Of a stretch of DNA of 64,000 bases, positions 28,679-39,367 are shown piece by piece. The notes under the pieces were generated by a model. It did no database searches, was not told the DNA's origin, and saw nothing but the letters and a program-made list of their open reading frames with translations. The first letter of the stretch is position 1. Each line of letters opens with the position of its first letter. Location of the stretch: assembly GCA_963770895.1 (NCBI GenBank), contig CAVYRF010000001.1, positions 1,312,001-1,376,000 of the forward strand, in the 5' to 3' direction. The DNA is from an uncultured Acidobacteriota bacterium (GTDB lineage: Bacteria; Acidobacteriota; Thermoanaerobaculia; Multivoradales; UBA5704). A program made the position numbers and the translations under genes.

Positions 28679-31600
28679 GCGTTGGCCCCCTCCGCCGGCT
28701 GCAGCCGCCCGGCTTCACGCTCCTGCCGGCGCCGGCTCATCCGCCGCGCTAGGCGATCGAAGGCCAGGTAGATCGACCGGCGTGGTGAACAGGGTCAGCA
28801 CCTGGCTGAAGATCAGGCCGCCGACGATGGCGATGCCCAGCGGCCGGCGCAGCTCGGCGCCGATGCCGCTGCCGAGCGCCAGCGGCACGCCGCCCAGCAG
28901 CGCCGCCATGGTGGTCATGACGATGGGGCGGAAGCGCAGCAGGCACGCCTGGTAGATCGCCTCTTCCGGCGCCTTGCCCTCCTTGCGCTCGGCGTCGAGC
29001 GCAAAGTCGATCATCATGATGGCGTTTTTTTCGACGATGCCGATGAGCAGGATGATGCCGATGAGCGCGATGACGCTGAAGTCGGCGTGGCACAGCATCA
29101 GCGCCAGCAGCGCGCCGACGCCGGCCGACGGCAGCGTCGACAGGATGGTGAGCGGGTGGATGTAGCTTTCGTACAGCACGCCCAGCACGATGTACACCGT
29201 CACCACCGCCGCCAGGATCAGCAGCGGCTCGTTGGCCAGCGAGGCCTGGAACGCTTCGGCGGTGCCCTGGAAGCTGGCCTGGATGCTGGCAGGCATGGCG
29301 ACCTCCTGCTGCACCTTGTTGACGGCGTTGACCGCTTCGCCGAGCGCGGCGCCGGGCGCCAGGTTGAACGAGATCGTGGTGACCGGGAACTGGCCCTGGT
29401 GGTTGACCGACAGCGGCGTGTTGGCCTGCTCGAAGCGGGTGAAGGCGCTCAGCGGCACCGACCCGCCGGTGGCCGACTGCAGGTAGAGGTTGCCCAGGTC
29501 CTGGGGCTTGTTCTGGAAGTCGGGCTGCGCTTCCAGGATCACGTGGTACTGGTTGAGCTGGGTGAACATCGATCGAGACCTGGCGCTGGCCGAAGGCGTC
29601 GTACAGCGCATCGTCGGTCATTTGCGGCGTGATGCCCAGGCGTGAGGCGGTGTAGCGGTCGAGGACCAGCCGCGCCTGCAGGCCGTCGTTCTGCTGGTCG
29701 CTCGCCACGTCGCGCAGCTCGGGCAGCGCCTGCAGCTTGGCGACGAACCTGGGCACCCAGACCGCCAGCTCGTCGCCGTTGGGGTCTTCCAGGCTGTATT
29801 GGAACTCGGTGCGGCTCACCCGGTCCTCGACGGTCAGGTCCTGGATCGGCTGCATGAACAGGGTGATGCCGTCCACCTTGGCCAGGCTGGTCGACAGCCG
29901 CCGGATGATGTCGCTGGCGCTCGACGCTGTCGCGCTCGTCGAGCGGCTTGAGGTTGATCTGAATGCGGCCGCTGTTGAGCGTCGTGTTGGTGCCGTCGAC
30001 GCCGATGAAGGACGACAGGCTCTCCACCGCCGGGTCTTCCAGGATGACGTTGGCCAGCGCCTGCTGGCGCTCGGCCATGGCGGGGAAGGAGATCGATCTG
30101 CGCCGCCTCCGAGATGCCCAGGATCACGCCGGTGTCCTGCACCGGGAAGAAGCCCTTGGGGATCCATGATGTAGAGCAGGATCGTCAGCACCAGCGTGGC
30201 GACGGCGACGACCAGCGTCGCCGGCTGGTGGCGCAGCACGACGCTGCAGCGTCGCGGCCGTAGAAGGCGATGATGCGTTCGAACACCCGCTCCGAGGCGC
30301 GGTAGAAGCGCCCCTGCTCGGACGGTTTTTTGTGGCGCAGGAGCTTGGCGCACATCATCGGCGTCAGGGTCAGCGACACCGACCGCCGATACCAGGATGG
30401 TGACCGCTCAGCGTCACCGCGAATTCGCGGAACAGGCGGCCCACGATGTCGCCCATGAACAGCAGCGGAATCAGCACCGCGATCAGCGACACGGTGAGCG
30501 ACAGGATGGTGAAGCCGATCTGCTCCGATCCCTTGAGCGCCGCGTCGAGCGGCCGCATCGCCCTCTTCGATGTAGCGCGATGATGTTTTCGATCATCACG
30601 ATCGCGTCGTCGACGACGAAGCCGGTCGAGATGGTCAGCGCCATCAAGCGTCAGGTTGTTCAGGCTATAGCCGAGCAGCGTACATGGCGGCAAAGGTGCC
30701 GACCAGCGACAGCGGCACGGCGACGCTGGGGATGATGGTGGCGGCCAGGTTGCGCAGAAACAGGAAGATCACCATCACAACCAGGGCGATGGTCAGCAGC
30801 AGCTCGAACTCGCACGTCCGCCACCGAGGCGCGGATGGTGATGGTGCGGTCGGTCAAGGTGGTGACCTTGATCGCCGCCGGGCAGCGAGGCGCGCAGCTG
30901 CGGCAGCAGCTTGTTGACGCGGTCCACCACCGAGATGATGTTGGCGCCCGGCTGGCGCTGGATGTTGACGATGACCGCCGGCATCTTGTTCATCCAGGCG
31001 GCCAGCTTGACGTTCTCGGCGGCATCGACGACGTTGGCGACGTCCGACAGGTGCACCGGGTTGCCGTTGCGGTAGGCGATGATCAGCGGCCGGTAGTCGG
31101 CGCTGGTCAGCAGCTGGTCGTTGGCGTCGATGGTGTAGGACTGGCGGCTGCCGTCGAAGGTGCCCTTGGCCTGGTTGACGGTGGAACCGGTGATGGCGGC
31201 GCGGATGTCCTCCATGGTCAGGCCGTAGGACGACAGCCGCGGTGGGGTTGACCTGGATGCGCACCGCCGGCTTCTGACCGCCGCTGATGCTCACCAGGCC
31301 GACGCCGGGCAGCTGCGAGATCTTCTGCGCCAGGCGGGTGTCGGCAAGGTCCTCGACCTTGGCCAGCGGCAGCGTCGCCGACGTCAGCGCCAGCGTCATG
31401 ATCGGCGCGTCGGCGGGGTTGGTCTTGCTGTAGATCGGCGGGTTGGGCAGGATCGCTCGGCAGATAGGTGCCGGCGGCGTTGATGGCGGCCTGCACCTCC
31501 TGCTCGGCGACGTCGATGTTCAAGTCCAGGGTGAACTGCAGGGTGATGATCGAGCTGCCCTCGGAGCTGGTCGAGGTCATCTGGTTGAGCCCCGGCACCT

Positions 31601-31817
31601 GGCCGAACTGCCGTTCCAGCGGCGCGGTCACCGCCGAAGCCATGACGTCGGGACTGGCGCCGGGATAGAACGTCACCACCTGGATGGTGGGGTAGTCCAC
31701 TTCCGGCAGCGCCGAAACCGGCAGCTGGCGGAAGGCCACGATGCCCACCAGCAGCAGTCCCGCCATCAGCAGCGACGTGGCGATGGGCCGCAGGATGAAC
31801 GGGCGCGACAGGTTCAT
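28675..31817 (-). pseudogene. mdtB: Multidrug RND transporter MdtB, multiply frameshifted (probably sequence errors)
   Basis: Starts [34 protein letters not shown]; fragments spread over several frames; ATGA overlap with the mdtC start. Confidence 0.85.
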
Positions 31818-33091
31818 TTTGCGGTCCCCGGCGCCGCCTGGCCGGCCGGCGCGGCCGGTGCGGCGTCAGCCATGGTCGCGGCCACCTTGAGGCCGGGACG
31901 CAGCCGATCCACGCCGTCGACGACCACCACGTCGCCGGCGGCGACGCCGCGGCGCACGGCGGTGACGTCGCCTTCGGTCAGCTGCAATTCGACGTTCTGC
32001 GTCTTGACCGTCTGATCGGCGCCGACGACGTAGACAAACGTCGCCTGCGGGCTGCGCTGGATCGCGGCGGCGGGGACCAGCACGGCGTTCTCGATGGTGC
32101 TGACCAGCAGGCGCGCATTGACGAACTGGCTGGGGAACAGGCGGTCGTCCTGGTTGGGAAACTGCGCGCGCAGCCGCACCGTGCCGGTCGTCTGATCGAT
32201 CTGGTTGTCGATGGCGAACAGGACGCCGACGGCGAGCTTGCTCTTCATGTCCCGGTCGTAGGCTTCCACCTGCAGCTTCTGCCCGGCATGCGTCTGCTCC
32301 AGCACCTGCGGCAGGCGGTCGGCCGGGATGGTGAAGATGACGGTGATCGGTTGCACCTCGTTGATGACCACGACGCCGGTCGTATCGGTGGCATGCACGA
32401 TGTTGCCGACGTCCACCAGGCGCAGGCCGACGCGGCCGCTGATCGGCGCCGTGATGCGGCAGTAGACGAGATTGAGCTTGGCGCTCTCGATCTGCGCCTG
32501 ATCGCTTTCGACGGCGGCCTGGTCCTGCTTGACGGTGGCGATCTGGGTGTCCAGCTGCTGGCGCGGGATGGCGTCCTGCTGCATCAGCACTTCATACCGT
32601 TTGAGATCGATCTGTGCGTTCGCCAGCGCCGCCTCGTCCTTGGCCCGCTGCCCCTCCGCCTGCATCAGCTGCACCTGGAAGGGGCGGGGGTCGAGCTCGG
32701 CCAGGACCTGGCCTTCCTTGACCATCTGTCCCTCGACGAAGTCGATGCGCATCAACTGGCCGTCGACGCGGCTCTTGACGGTGGCGGTGTTGAGCGCCGT
32801 CACGTTCCCCAGGCCGGTCAGGTAGACGCCGAGGTCGCCGGCTCTGGCGGTCGCCGCGACCACCGGCACCGGCGGCGGGGCCGGCGCCTTGGCGTCGTTT
32901 TTCGACTGCCCGCGGCTGCCGGGCAGAAACAGGTAGATGCCGATTGCAATCGCTGCGGCGACCAGCAGCCAGAGCCACCAGCGGCTCTTGCCGCCGCCGC
33001 CGTCGCCGCTGTACGCGGCGAGCGGCGCTGTCGACGGCGAAGGTGCCGGATCGGAATGGTGCGGCGACGCATCGGCTTGGTCCGAGTTCAT
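31814..33091 (-). CDS. mdtA: RND periplasmic adaptor MdtA
   Basis: N-terminal TM; VKSRVDGQL...F.EGQ.V..G; [17 protein letters not shown]; [10 protein letters not shown]. Confidence 0.9.
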   Translation of the reverse strand: MNSDQADASPHHSDPAPSPSTAPLAAYSGDGGGGKSRWWLWLLVAAAIAIGIYLFLPGSRGQSKNDAKAPAPPPVPVVAATARAGDLGVYLTGLGNVTALNTATVKSRVDGQLMRIDFVEGQMVKEGQVLAELDPRPFQVQLMQAEGQRAKDEAALANAQIDLKRYEVLMQQDAIPRQQLDTQIATVKQDQAAVESDQAQIESAKLNLVYCRITAPISGRVGLRLVDVGNIVHATDTTGVVVINEVQPITVIFTIPADRLPQVLEQTHAGQKLQVEAYDRDMKSKLAVGVLFAIDNQIDQTTGTVRLRAQFPNQDDRLFPSQFVNARLLVSTIENAVLVPAAAIQRSPQATFVYVVGADQTVKTQNVELQLTEGDVTAVRRGVAAGDVVVVDGVDRLRPGLKVAATMADAAPAAPAGQAAPGTAK

Positions 33092-33619
33092 CGTTGGGCC
33101 TCGAAGGCTTGAAAAAGCTGGTTGTTCGTGCCGCGCAGCTCCGTGACGGAATGGTCTGCGCGAGCCCCAGGTACGGCTGGGGGCGAAGGCGCGTGCCGGC
33201 AGCGCCGCGCCGGCACAGATCACTGGTTGTTGATAACGCTGTTTGCGTCGGGAAAGTTCCGCCACCGCGACGCCTGCCGCGTGACGATCCTACATCACCC
33301 GCTGCACCCGCCCAGGGTGTCCTATCCGAGGGGTCCGCAAGGCGCGGGTCCGCGCCGGCCGGACCGCCGCGCGGCGCCGCGGCCGCGCCGCGTCGCACGG
33401 CAGGGAGCCCTTGCGGGCAGTTAGCTCGCGATTGTTTCAAGAGAGACGCCCGGGCCCCACAAAAGGCCGGTAGAAATGACGACGGACGGAGGTTTGATGG
33501 TGACCTCCGGTTGGCGAAACCTCGCCCCGGCGGCCGTCATCGATGAATGTAGGACGGCTCTGCGCGGGCTGCCGGATGCCATGGCGACATCCGACCCGTC
33601 CGCGATGAAGGAGGTAGTT

Positions 33620-34021
33620 ATGAAGTGTTTTCGACCCTTGCTGCTGGCTGTCATCCTCGGCGTCTTTTTCAGCGGCTTGACGGTGCCCGCCGCTCAGGCT
33701 GGCACGATCCAGGCGGCCTCCGCCGCCGATCTCAGCTTCGGCTCCCTCCTGGGAGGCTGGGTCGGCGCCTGGCTTTGGGGGCATGACGCGACGACGGGCA
33801 GGACCGGCGCCGCGGCTGCCAGGGCCGCCGCATCGGCCGCGCCGGTCCGGTCGGCCCCGGCAGTCAACAGCGTTGCGGTGCCGCAGGCCTCCGCCTTGCG
33901 GCCGGCGCCGGGCGGCAGCATGCCGCGTGGCGAGGGCCGTTTGCACGCGGTCGGCGCCGCGCCTCCGCGCCTCAGGCCGCTCTGCACCGGCCCGACCGAG
34001 CCGAACGGCGAATGCGGCTAG
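33620..34021 (+). CDS. Small secreted peptide-like protein with C-terminal CxxxxEPNGxC motif
   Basis: AAGGAGG RBS; signal peptide ending AQA; amphipathic 'LLGGWVGAWLWG'; Ala/Pro linker; C-terminus LCTGPTEPNGECG. Confidence 0.7.
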   Translation: MKCFRPLLLAVILGVFFSGLTVPAAQAGTIQAASAADLSFGSLLGGWVGAWLWGHDATTGRTGAAAARAAASAAPVRSAPAVNSVAVPQASALRPAPGGSMPRGEGRLHAVGAAPPRLRPLCTGPTEPNGECG

Positions 34022-34068
34022 GGGAGTGATGCGCCGCTGAGACGTGATGACCCATGTTGGCTGTCTCG

Positions 34069-34103
34069 AGGGGGGGAATAAAAGCCCCCCCTTGCTTTCT
34101 TTT
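34069..34103 (+). promoter_or_regulatory. Inverted repeat AGGGGGGG-N8-CCCCCCCT plus T-rich tail (terminator and/or operator)
   Basis: Perfect 8-bp stem between the peptide gene and the TPR gene; followed by tgctttctttt and an extended -10-like TGGCAGAAT. Confidence 0.55.
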
Positions 34104-34154
34104 GCAATCAATGGATGGCAGAATGGACGCCGCGTTCGCGGGAGCTTTCCACGC

Positions 34155-35462
34155 GTGAGCGAACACCTCTCCTCGGAAGATCGATGCCGCCTTGCAAAGG
34201 GCACGCTGCCTCGCCAGCGGTGTCAGCAGGTTTTGCGCCACATCCTGCGCGCCTGCCCGACCTGCTCGCGTGCCCTGGCCGCGTATGGCGGCTTCGCGCT
34301 GGACGAATTACCTGAAGACGCTTACGATGAAGTGGTGACTCGCGTCACCAATCAGGTATCGCAGTTGGCGGTCGCGCACCAGGAAGCGGTCGGCACCCTG
34401 ACGGCTCTGCTTGCGGGCGACCGTGCCTGGAACGACCTCTCAACCGCCGACCTTGCCCTGCTGCGCGGCCTGCCGCGGCTTGGCGCGCTGCTGGATGCGG
34501 GCTGGTCGCTGCGCCATCGCGACCCGCAATCGACGCTGCGCTTTGCCAGGCTCGCCCGCTACGCCGCGGATCGGCTCGACTCCAAGCAGCTGGCTGCCGA
34601 ACCGGTTGCCGATCTGCGCAGCCTGGCCTGGGCCGAGCTGGCCAACGCCTACCGCATCAACGCCAACTTCCCGCGCGCGACGCGGGCGATGAACCGGGCG
34701 ATCTACTGGTTGCAGCGCGGCTCCCAGGACAGCCTGCTGGTGGTGCGGGTTGCCGATCTGCTGGCCTCCCTGCTCGTCCATCAACGGCGATGGGACGAAG
34801 CGAAGCCGCTGTACCAGATGGTGTTTCAAGCGCACTTGAACGAAGGCCGGTTCCATCTGGCGGGGCGTGCCCTGATCAACGCCAGCTTCCCTGAACCGCC
34901 CGAAAAGGCGTTGCCGCTGCTGCGCCGCGGGCTCAACCTGCTGGACCAGGAGCGCGATCCGGAGCTGGTCGGCCAGACGCTGCACGCCATGATCTGGCGG
35001 CTGAGCGACATGGGGCGGTTCCGCACCGCTCGCCGCCTGCTGTGGCGCAGCCGGGCCCTGATCGAAGGCGCCGCGGCGCCGCTGCGCATCCGGTGGCTGG
35101 ATGGCAAGATCTATGCGGGCCTGGGGGATCTCGGCCGGGCTGAAGAGACGCTCAAAGCGGTGCGCGCCGGTTTCGCGGAGCAGCAACAGGTGTATCCGGC
35201 GGCGATGGTCGGCCTCGAGCTGGCGGCGCTCTGGGCGCGTCAGGGGCGCGTCGATGAGATCTATGAGCTGGCGCAGGAGATGATCGCCACCTTCCGGGCG
35301 CTGCGCGTGGCGCGGGAAGCCATCGTGACGCTGCTCATCCTGCAGCGCGCCTGCCTGGCCGGCGGCGGCAGGCTGCTGGAGATCATCGACATGGTGGGCA
35401 GCTTCCTCAAGGAGCTGGAAGAGCAGGCCCCGGCAAGGCGGCAGCGACCGGTCGAAGACTGA
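34155..35462 (+). CDS. TPR-repeat protein with N-terminal zinc-binding anti-sigma-like (ZAS / zf-HC2-like) motif
   Basis: GTG start after GGGAG; 'EHLS...RHILRACPTC' (H-x4-C-x2-C); helical repeats (AWAELANAYRI..NF..A; IRWLDGKIY.GLG....AE). Confidence 0.8.
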   Translation: MSEHLSSEDRCRLAKGTLPRQRCQQVLRHILRACPTCSRALAAYGGFALDELPEDAYDEVVTRVTNQVSQLAVAHQEAVGTLTALLAGDRAWNDLSTADLALLRGLPRLGALLDAGWSLRHRDPQSTLRFARLARYAADRLDSKQLAAEPVADLRSLAWAELANAYRINANFPRATRAMNRAIYWLQRGSQDSLLVVRVADLLASLLVHQRRWDEAKPLYQMVFQAHLNEGRFHLAGRALINASFPEPPEKALPLLRRGLNLLDQERDPELVGQTLHAMIWRLSDMGRFRTARRLLWRSRALIEGAAAPLRIRWLDGKIYAGLGDLGRAEETLKAVRAGFAEQQQVYPAAMVGLELAALWARQGRVDEIYELAQEMIATFRALRVAREAIVTLLILQRACLAGGGRLLEIIDMVGSFLKELEEQAPARRQRPVED

Positions 35463-35484
35463 ACCCCGCTGCTGGACGATCGTC

Positions 35485-35554
35485 GGGCGATGGACGGCGG
35501 ACGCCAAACAACGGGCGGCGGACGGCGGACGGCGGACAACGAGCGCTGGACGGG
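35485..35554 (+). repeat. Heptamer tandem repeat, about 10 degenerate units of GGACGGC
   Basis: gggcgat ggacggc ggacgcc aaacaac gggcggc ggacggc ggacggc ggacaac gagcgct ggacggg, between convergent genes. Confidence 0.7.
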
Positions 35555-35577
35555 GCGGGCGCCCGCAGCGGCGCAAA

Positions 35578-36063
35578 TCAGGATTCGTCGTCGGGGTCGT
35601 CGCGCGGAGTGCCGCGGTTGGCCGCCGCGATCTCTTTCTTGCTCTCCTGCCGGCGGCGCTCCAGGACCCGGTTGACGGCGTCTTCCACCAGGTGGTCGAA
35701 CTCTTCGGGCGAGGCAGGGTCGATCTCGTCGACCGGCACAAATTCGCCGCGGTAGCCGGCGCGCTGAAAAGCGGCAAAGAAGTCGCCGGCGGCGGGATGG
35801 GCCCGCGCCGCCGACCGCTTGGGACGGGCGGCGATGTTGAAGAACTCTTCCTGCGACAGCCCGATGATGCGCAGGATCGCCAGCACGTGCTTGAACTTGA
35901 GATCCACGTGACCGCTGAAGATGCGACGCAGTGCCTTCGGTCCGACACCCAGCCGCCGCTCGACTTCGCTGACAGTGAGGCCGGCCGCACGAATCGCCTG
36001 TCGCAACAGGCTGGCGTAGCGTCGAACCTCGTCGTCAATCTCCGGCAGCTTTTCGCTCATCAT
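35578..36063 (-). CDS. XRE/Cro-C1 HTH transcriptional regulator
   Basis: 'LRQAIRAAGLTVSEVERRLGVGPKALRRIFSGHVDLKFKHVLAIL..IG....EFF'. Confidence 0.85.
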   Translation of the reverse strand: MMSEKLPEIDDEVRRYASLLRQAIRAAGLTVSEVERRLGVGPKALRRIFSGHVDLKFKHVLAILRIIGLSQEEFFNIAARPKRSAARAHPAAGDFFAAFQRAGYRGEFVPVDEIDPASPEEFDHLVEDAVNRVLERRRQESKKEIAAANRGTPRDDPDDES

Positions 36064-36185
36064 CTACGTATTGTACAGGATTCTGCCCCCCAAGGGGCGT
36101 TTTTCTAGCCAGTCCTCTGCACGGACCGCGCCCCGGGCCTGGGCGGGCCGTGTCGTGTTGTGACGATCCGTCGTCGCCGCGGCGT

Positions 36186-36328
36186 ACCTGCGCCGCTCGA
36201 CCTTGCCCACGGTGAGGCCGGCGGCGGGAAGCACGCCGTGGACCTGCCAGACGGTGAGCTGGGGTGCCGTCGCGATCATCATCTGCGCATTATACAGTAT
36301 TCTGTCCGCGCTGGGGCTTTTTCTAGCC
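36186..36328 (-). pseudogene. Degenerate duplicate of the HTH gene's promoter and 5' end
   Basis: 36277-36328 aligns with 36058-36110. Translation contains AAGLTVGKVERR vs AAGLTVSEVERR in the intact gene. Confidence 0.75.
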
Positions 36329-36552
36329 CTACAGGGCATCAGATCACGCGACAGGCGATCCAGCCCGCGGCAACGGCCCGCCCGCGCCGGTCTGCAGCAG
36401 TCCCCCGGACGCCAGACAGGGCAGCGCCGGCCGGCTCAGCCAGGAGGCCGACGGAGCGGCCCGCGGCGACTCCGGGCGGCTAAGGACAGGAGGTGGAAGC
36501 GGCGGGCTGGCTGGCTCGATCAGGGCTGCCGGTGGCTGCCGGGCCGACCGGC

Positions 36553-37245
36553 TCAGGAGGGATTGCGCGGGGCGTAGAAGACGTACACGGCGCGGTACTC
36601 GACGTCCTGCAGTGCGCCGGGGTGGGCGGCGTCACAGCCGGTGGCGGGGGCGACGCCGCCGACGGTGTCGACGCGCTGCACGTACTGGACGCCCGCGAGC
36701 TTCCCCTGGCCGCTCGATTCCACCTCCACCAGCAGCCAGGGCACGGCGTCGAATTGCAGCGCCGGCGTGGTTCCAAGCACTTTTTTCTTGACCACCTTGC
36801 TGCCGTCGGCAAGCTGCCAGGACGGCCCGGCAAAGTGGGTGCCGATCTCGCGGTTCTGATCGTCGTTGAGCTTGGCAACCGGTTCCTTGAGCGTCCATTC
36901 GAAGGTGCCCGCGGCCTGCGCCTTCGGGTTGCAGACGTAGCGCTGGACTCCCTGGCCGTACGCCACCAGGATCGGCCTGACGCTGGCGGGCGGGTCCAGC
37001 TTCGGATCGGGCATCACCGGGCGGTACAGGCCGTCGCGCGGCGTCCCCGTCCACGGCTGGCCCGAGGGTGCCTGCGCGCCGGCCGGCGAGGCGGCGAACG
37101 CAAGCAGGCTGAGCGTCGCGATCAAGGCCGCCCCTGCCGCAATAATGGTCGCTCCTGCCGCAGATGCTGCCCGCGGCGCCCCTGCCGCCGTCCCTGCCGT
37201 TGCCGCCCTTGCCGTCCGTGCGGCCCGGTTGTGTGCGCGCCCCAT
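36553..37245 (-). CDS. DUF3455 domain exported protein
   Basis: GAGGAG RBS; G.GVQ.Y.C, IG.HF.GP.W...DGS.V, AVPWLL, VQRVDT.GG.AP...C, Y.A.Y.FY. Confidence 0.85.
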   Translation of the reverse strand: MGRAHNRAARTARAATAGTAAGAPRAASAAGATIIAAGAALIATLSLLAFAASPAGAQAPSGQPWTGTPRDGLYRPVMPDPKLDPPASVRPILVAYGQGVQRYVCNPKAQAAGTFEWTLKEPVAKLNDDQNREIGTHFAGPSWQLADGSKVVKKKVLGTTPALQFDAVPWLLVEVESSGQGKLAGVQYVQRVDTVGGVAPATGCDAAHPGALQDVEYRAVYVFYAPRNPS

Positions 37246-37468
37246 GTGCTCTCCTCGTTGAACCTGGCCTGCCGCCGGTGGCGGCCTGTGGTGCCCGCGG
37301 GCAGTATCGCACAGCCTCGCGGCGCCACCATGACAGATGGCCTGCAGCCGCAAAATCCTGCGCCGGCGCGCCTGGCCCCGCCGTCGAGTGCGGCGCCACC
37401 ATGACTACGGCGGAAGGGCACGATGTGTTGCGCTCCTGCAGCCGGGCGAGCGCGCCGGGGCGGCGTTT

Positions 37469-39367
37469 CTACCCGGCGAGCGGTTCGGCCAGGTAGGCGG
37501 CGAAGACGGCGTCGTGATCGTGCTGGCAGAAACCCAGCCAGCGATAGGGGCCGAGCGGACCTGCCCAGACGTGGGAGGCGAGCGAGGTGGCGGCGTCCAG
37601 GCCGTAGTGCATCAGATTGCCGACCTGCACCGGCTCGCCGTGCTCGCCGGTGAAGCGCGCGCCGCCGGAGGGCACCATGTCGCTGTCCCACGACTCCCAG
37701 GGGAACACCGTGCCGTTCACCCGCAGCGGCAGCAGCGGCCGGGCGGCGTGCTCGCACCAGACCGTGAACCCTTCGCCGGTGTCGTGCCAGTCGTCGCTCG
37801 TGTCGTTGGGCGGCAGTCGCACCTCGAAGGCCTGCCGCGGTCCCATCTCGAACACCGTCGCGGCGCGGACGGCGAGCAGCGACGGATGCAGGTAGCAGTG
37901 GCCGCGCTGCCACTGCGGGATGCCGATGCCGGCGGCGTCCGGGCGCTGGCGCAGCGCCTCGCCGAGACGGGCGAAGAGGCGCCTGTCCAGGGGATGCGTG
38001 TCGTGATCGAGCAGCACCACCAGGTCGTCCGGGTCCAGGTGCACGCGGGTGCGCAGGTGCTCGAAGGTGGCGGTGAGACTGGCGCCGTGCACGCGGCCGC
38101 CGTTCGACCCGGCGGCGGCCACCTGCTCGCGGACGTCGACGCAGGTGGCGAAAGGGGAGTTGGCGCAGGCGGCCCTGGCGGCGTCGCGCACCGCCGGCTG
38201 CGATCGATGGTGCAGGATGGGGAAGTACTCCAGCCGCAGGCCGAGCGCCTCGCGGGTGGGCGCGACGCAGCGTTCCAGGCGCGCCATCTGGTCGGCGAGC
38301 AGCGCTGGATAACGGTAGTGGACCGACAGCACCGCAACGCGCCGCGCCAGGCCGCGCCAGCGGCGCAGCCGCGTCCCGTCCTCGTCGCCGGGCTGCGCGA
38401 TGGCGGCGCCGCCGCCGCGGCGCAGATAGCGGCGCCAGGTGCGCACGATCCGGCGCTCGCTCGCGGCGCGCGAAAAGCGAGCGGCGGTGCCCAGCCCCGC
38501 GGCGATCAGCGCCGCGTCGCCGCCCGGCTGGTGCAGCAGGTCGAGCGCCTGGCCCAGGCGATCGGCCGCGGCCATCACGTCGCCGTCGGCGGCGAGCAGG
38601 CAGTTGCGGCCGTGGCGCAGAAAATCGCGGCCGCCGCGGCCGGCGAAGCCGACCACCAGGCAGCCGCTCGCCAGCGCTTCGAGCGCCGGCAGGCCGAAGC
38701 CCTCGGGGTAGCCGGTGGCCAGGAAGATCGCCGACTCGGCCAGAACCTGGGCGACGCGCTGGTGCGGCACGCCGTCGATGGGCACGAACGGCACCTGGCG
38801 GAAGCGTGGGAAGCGCGACCGCAGCAGGCCCTGGATCTGCTGCAGGTCGTCGGCATTCTTGCGCGGCATGCAGGCGATCTGCAGCCGCTTGTGCGGCGCC
38901 GGCCGGAAGGTGTCCAGATCGACGCCGGGCGGCACCAGCGCGCTGGGCAGCCCCATCGCGTGGCGCACGAAGCGCTGCACCCAGCGGCTGACGGCCATCA
39001 CGTCGCGCACCTGCCAGGTGCGCCAGTCGCACCCTTCGGGCAACGGCTCGTGACCGCCGTAGATGTAGCCGGCGCCTTGCGCGAAGACGACGCGCGCCAG
39101 GCCGCTGTCGACGGTGTCGGCCATCAGCCGCCAATCGCCCTCGGGGATCACCAGGACGTCGGGGCCGCGCGGCGCGATGCCGCTGTCGAGGGTCGCGACC
39201 GGTGCCGCGCTGTCGAACCAGGACATGGCGGCGCCCCTGCGGCGATGCAGGACCCAGGCGTCGATGCCGTTGCGGGCCAGCGTCTCGACGTGATGGTAAA
39301 TCGTCAGCACGCCCCCGGAAGGGGCGCTGGAACGGGGGCAGTAATAAAAGATCCGGCGGTCCGGCAT
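37469..39367 (-). CDS. Glycosyltransferase family 4 fused to a C-terminal DxD-containing domain
   Basis: N-terminal PSGG; EGFGLPALEALASGC (GT4 signature); C-terminal half has VVLLDHDTHP and YLHPS. Confidence 0.8.
   Translation of the reverse strand: MPDRRIFYYCPRSSAPSGGVLTIYHHVETLARNGIDAWVLHRRRGAAMSWFDSAAPVATLDSGIAPRGPDVLVIPEGDWRLMADTVDSGLARVVFAQGAGYIYGGHEPLPEGCDWRTWQVRDVMAVSRWVQRFVRHAMGLPSALVPPGVDLDTFRPAPHKRLQIACMPRKNADDLQQIQGLLRSRFPRFRQVPFVPIDGVPHQRVAQVLAESAIFLATGYPEGFGLPALEALASGCLVVGFAGRGGRDFLRHGRNCLLAADGDVMAAADRLGQALDLLHQPGGDAALIAAGLGTAARFSRAASERRIVRTWRRYLRRGGGAAIAQPGDEDGTRLRRWRGLARRVAVLSVHYRYPALLADQMARLERCVAPTREALGLRLEYFPILHHRSQPAVRDAARAACANSPFATCVDVREQVAAAGSNGGRVHGASLTATFEHLRTRVHLDPDDLVVLLDHDTHPLDRRLFARLGEALRQRPDAAGIGIPQWQRGHCYLHPSLLAVRAATVFEMGPRQAFEVRLPPNDTSDDWHDTGEGFTVWCEHAARPLLPLRVNGTVFPWESWDSDMVPSGGARFTGEHGEPVQVGNLMHYGLDAATSLASHVWAGPLGPYRWLGFCQHDHDAVFAAYLAEPLAG

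Noticed and set aside
25528-31817. Programmed frameshifting or phase variation in mdtB/mdtC
   Set aside because: Too many scattered indels, mostly not at slippery or homopolymer sites; an artefact is more plausible.
35485-35554. Possible CRISPR array
   Set aside because: Contiguous 7-bp units without spacers; no cas genes in the window.
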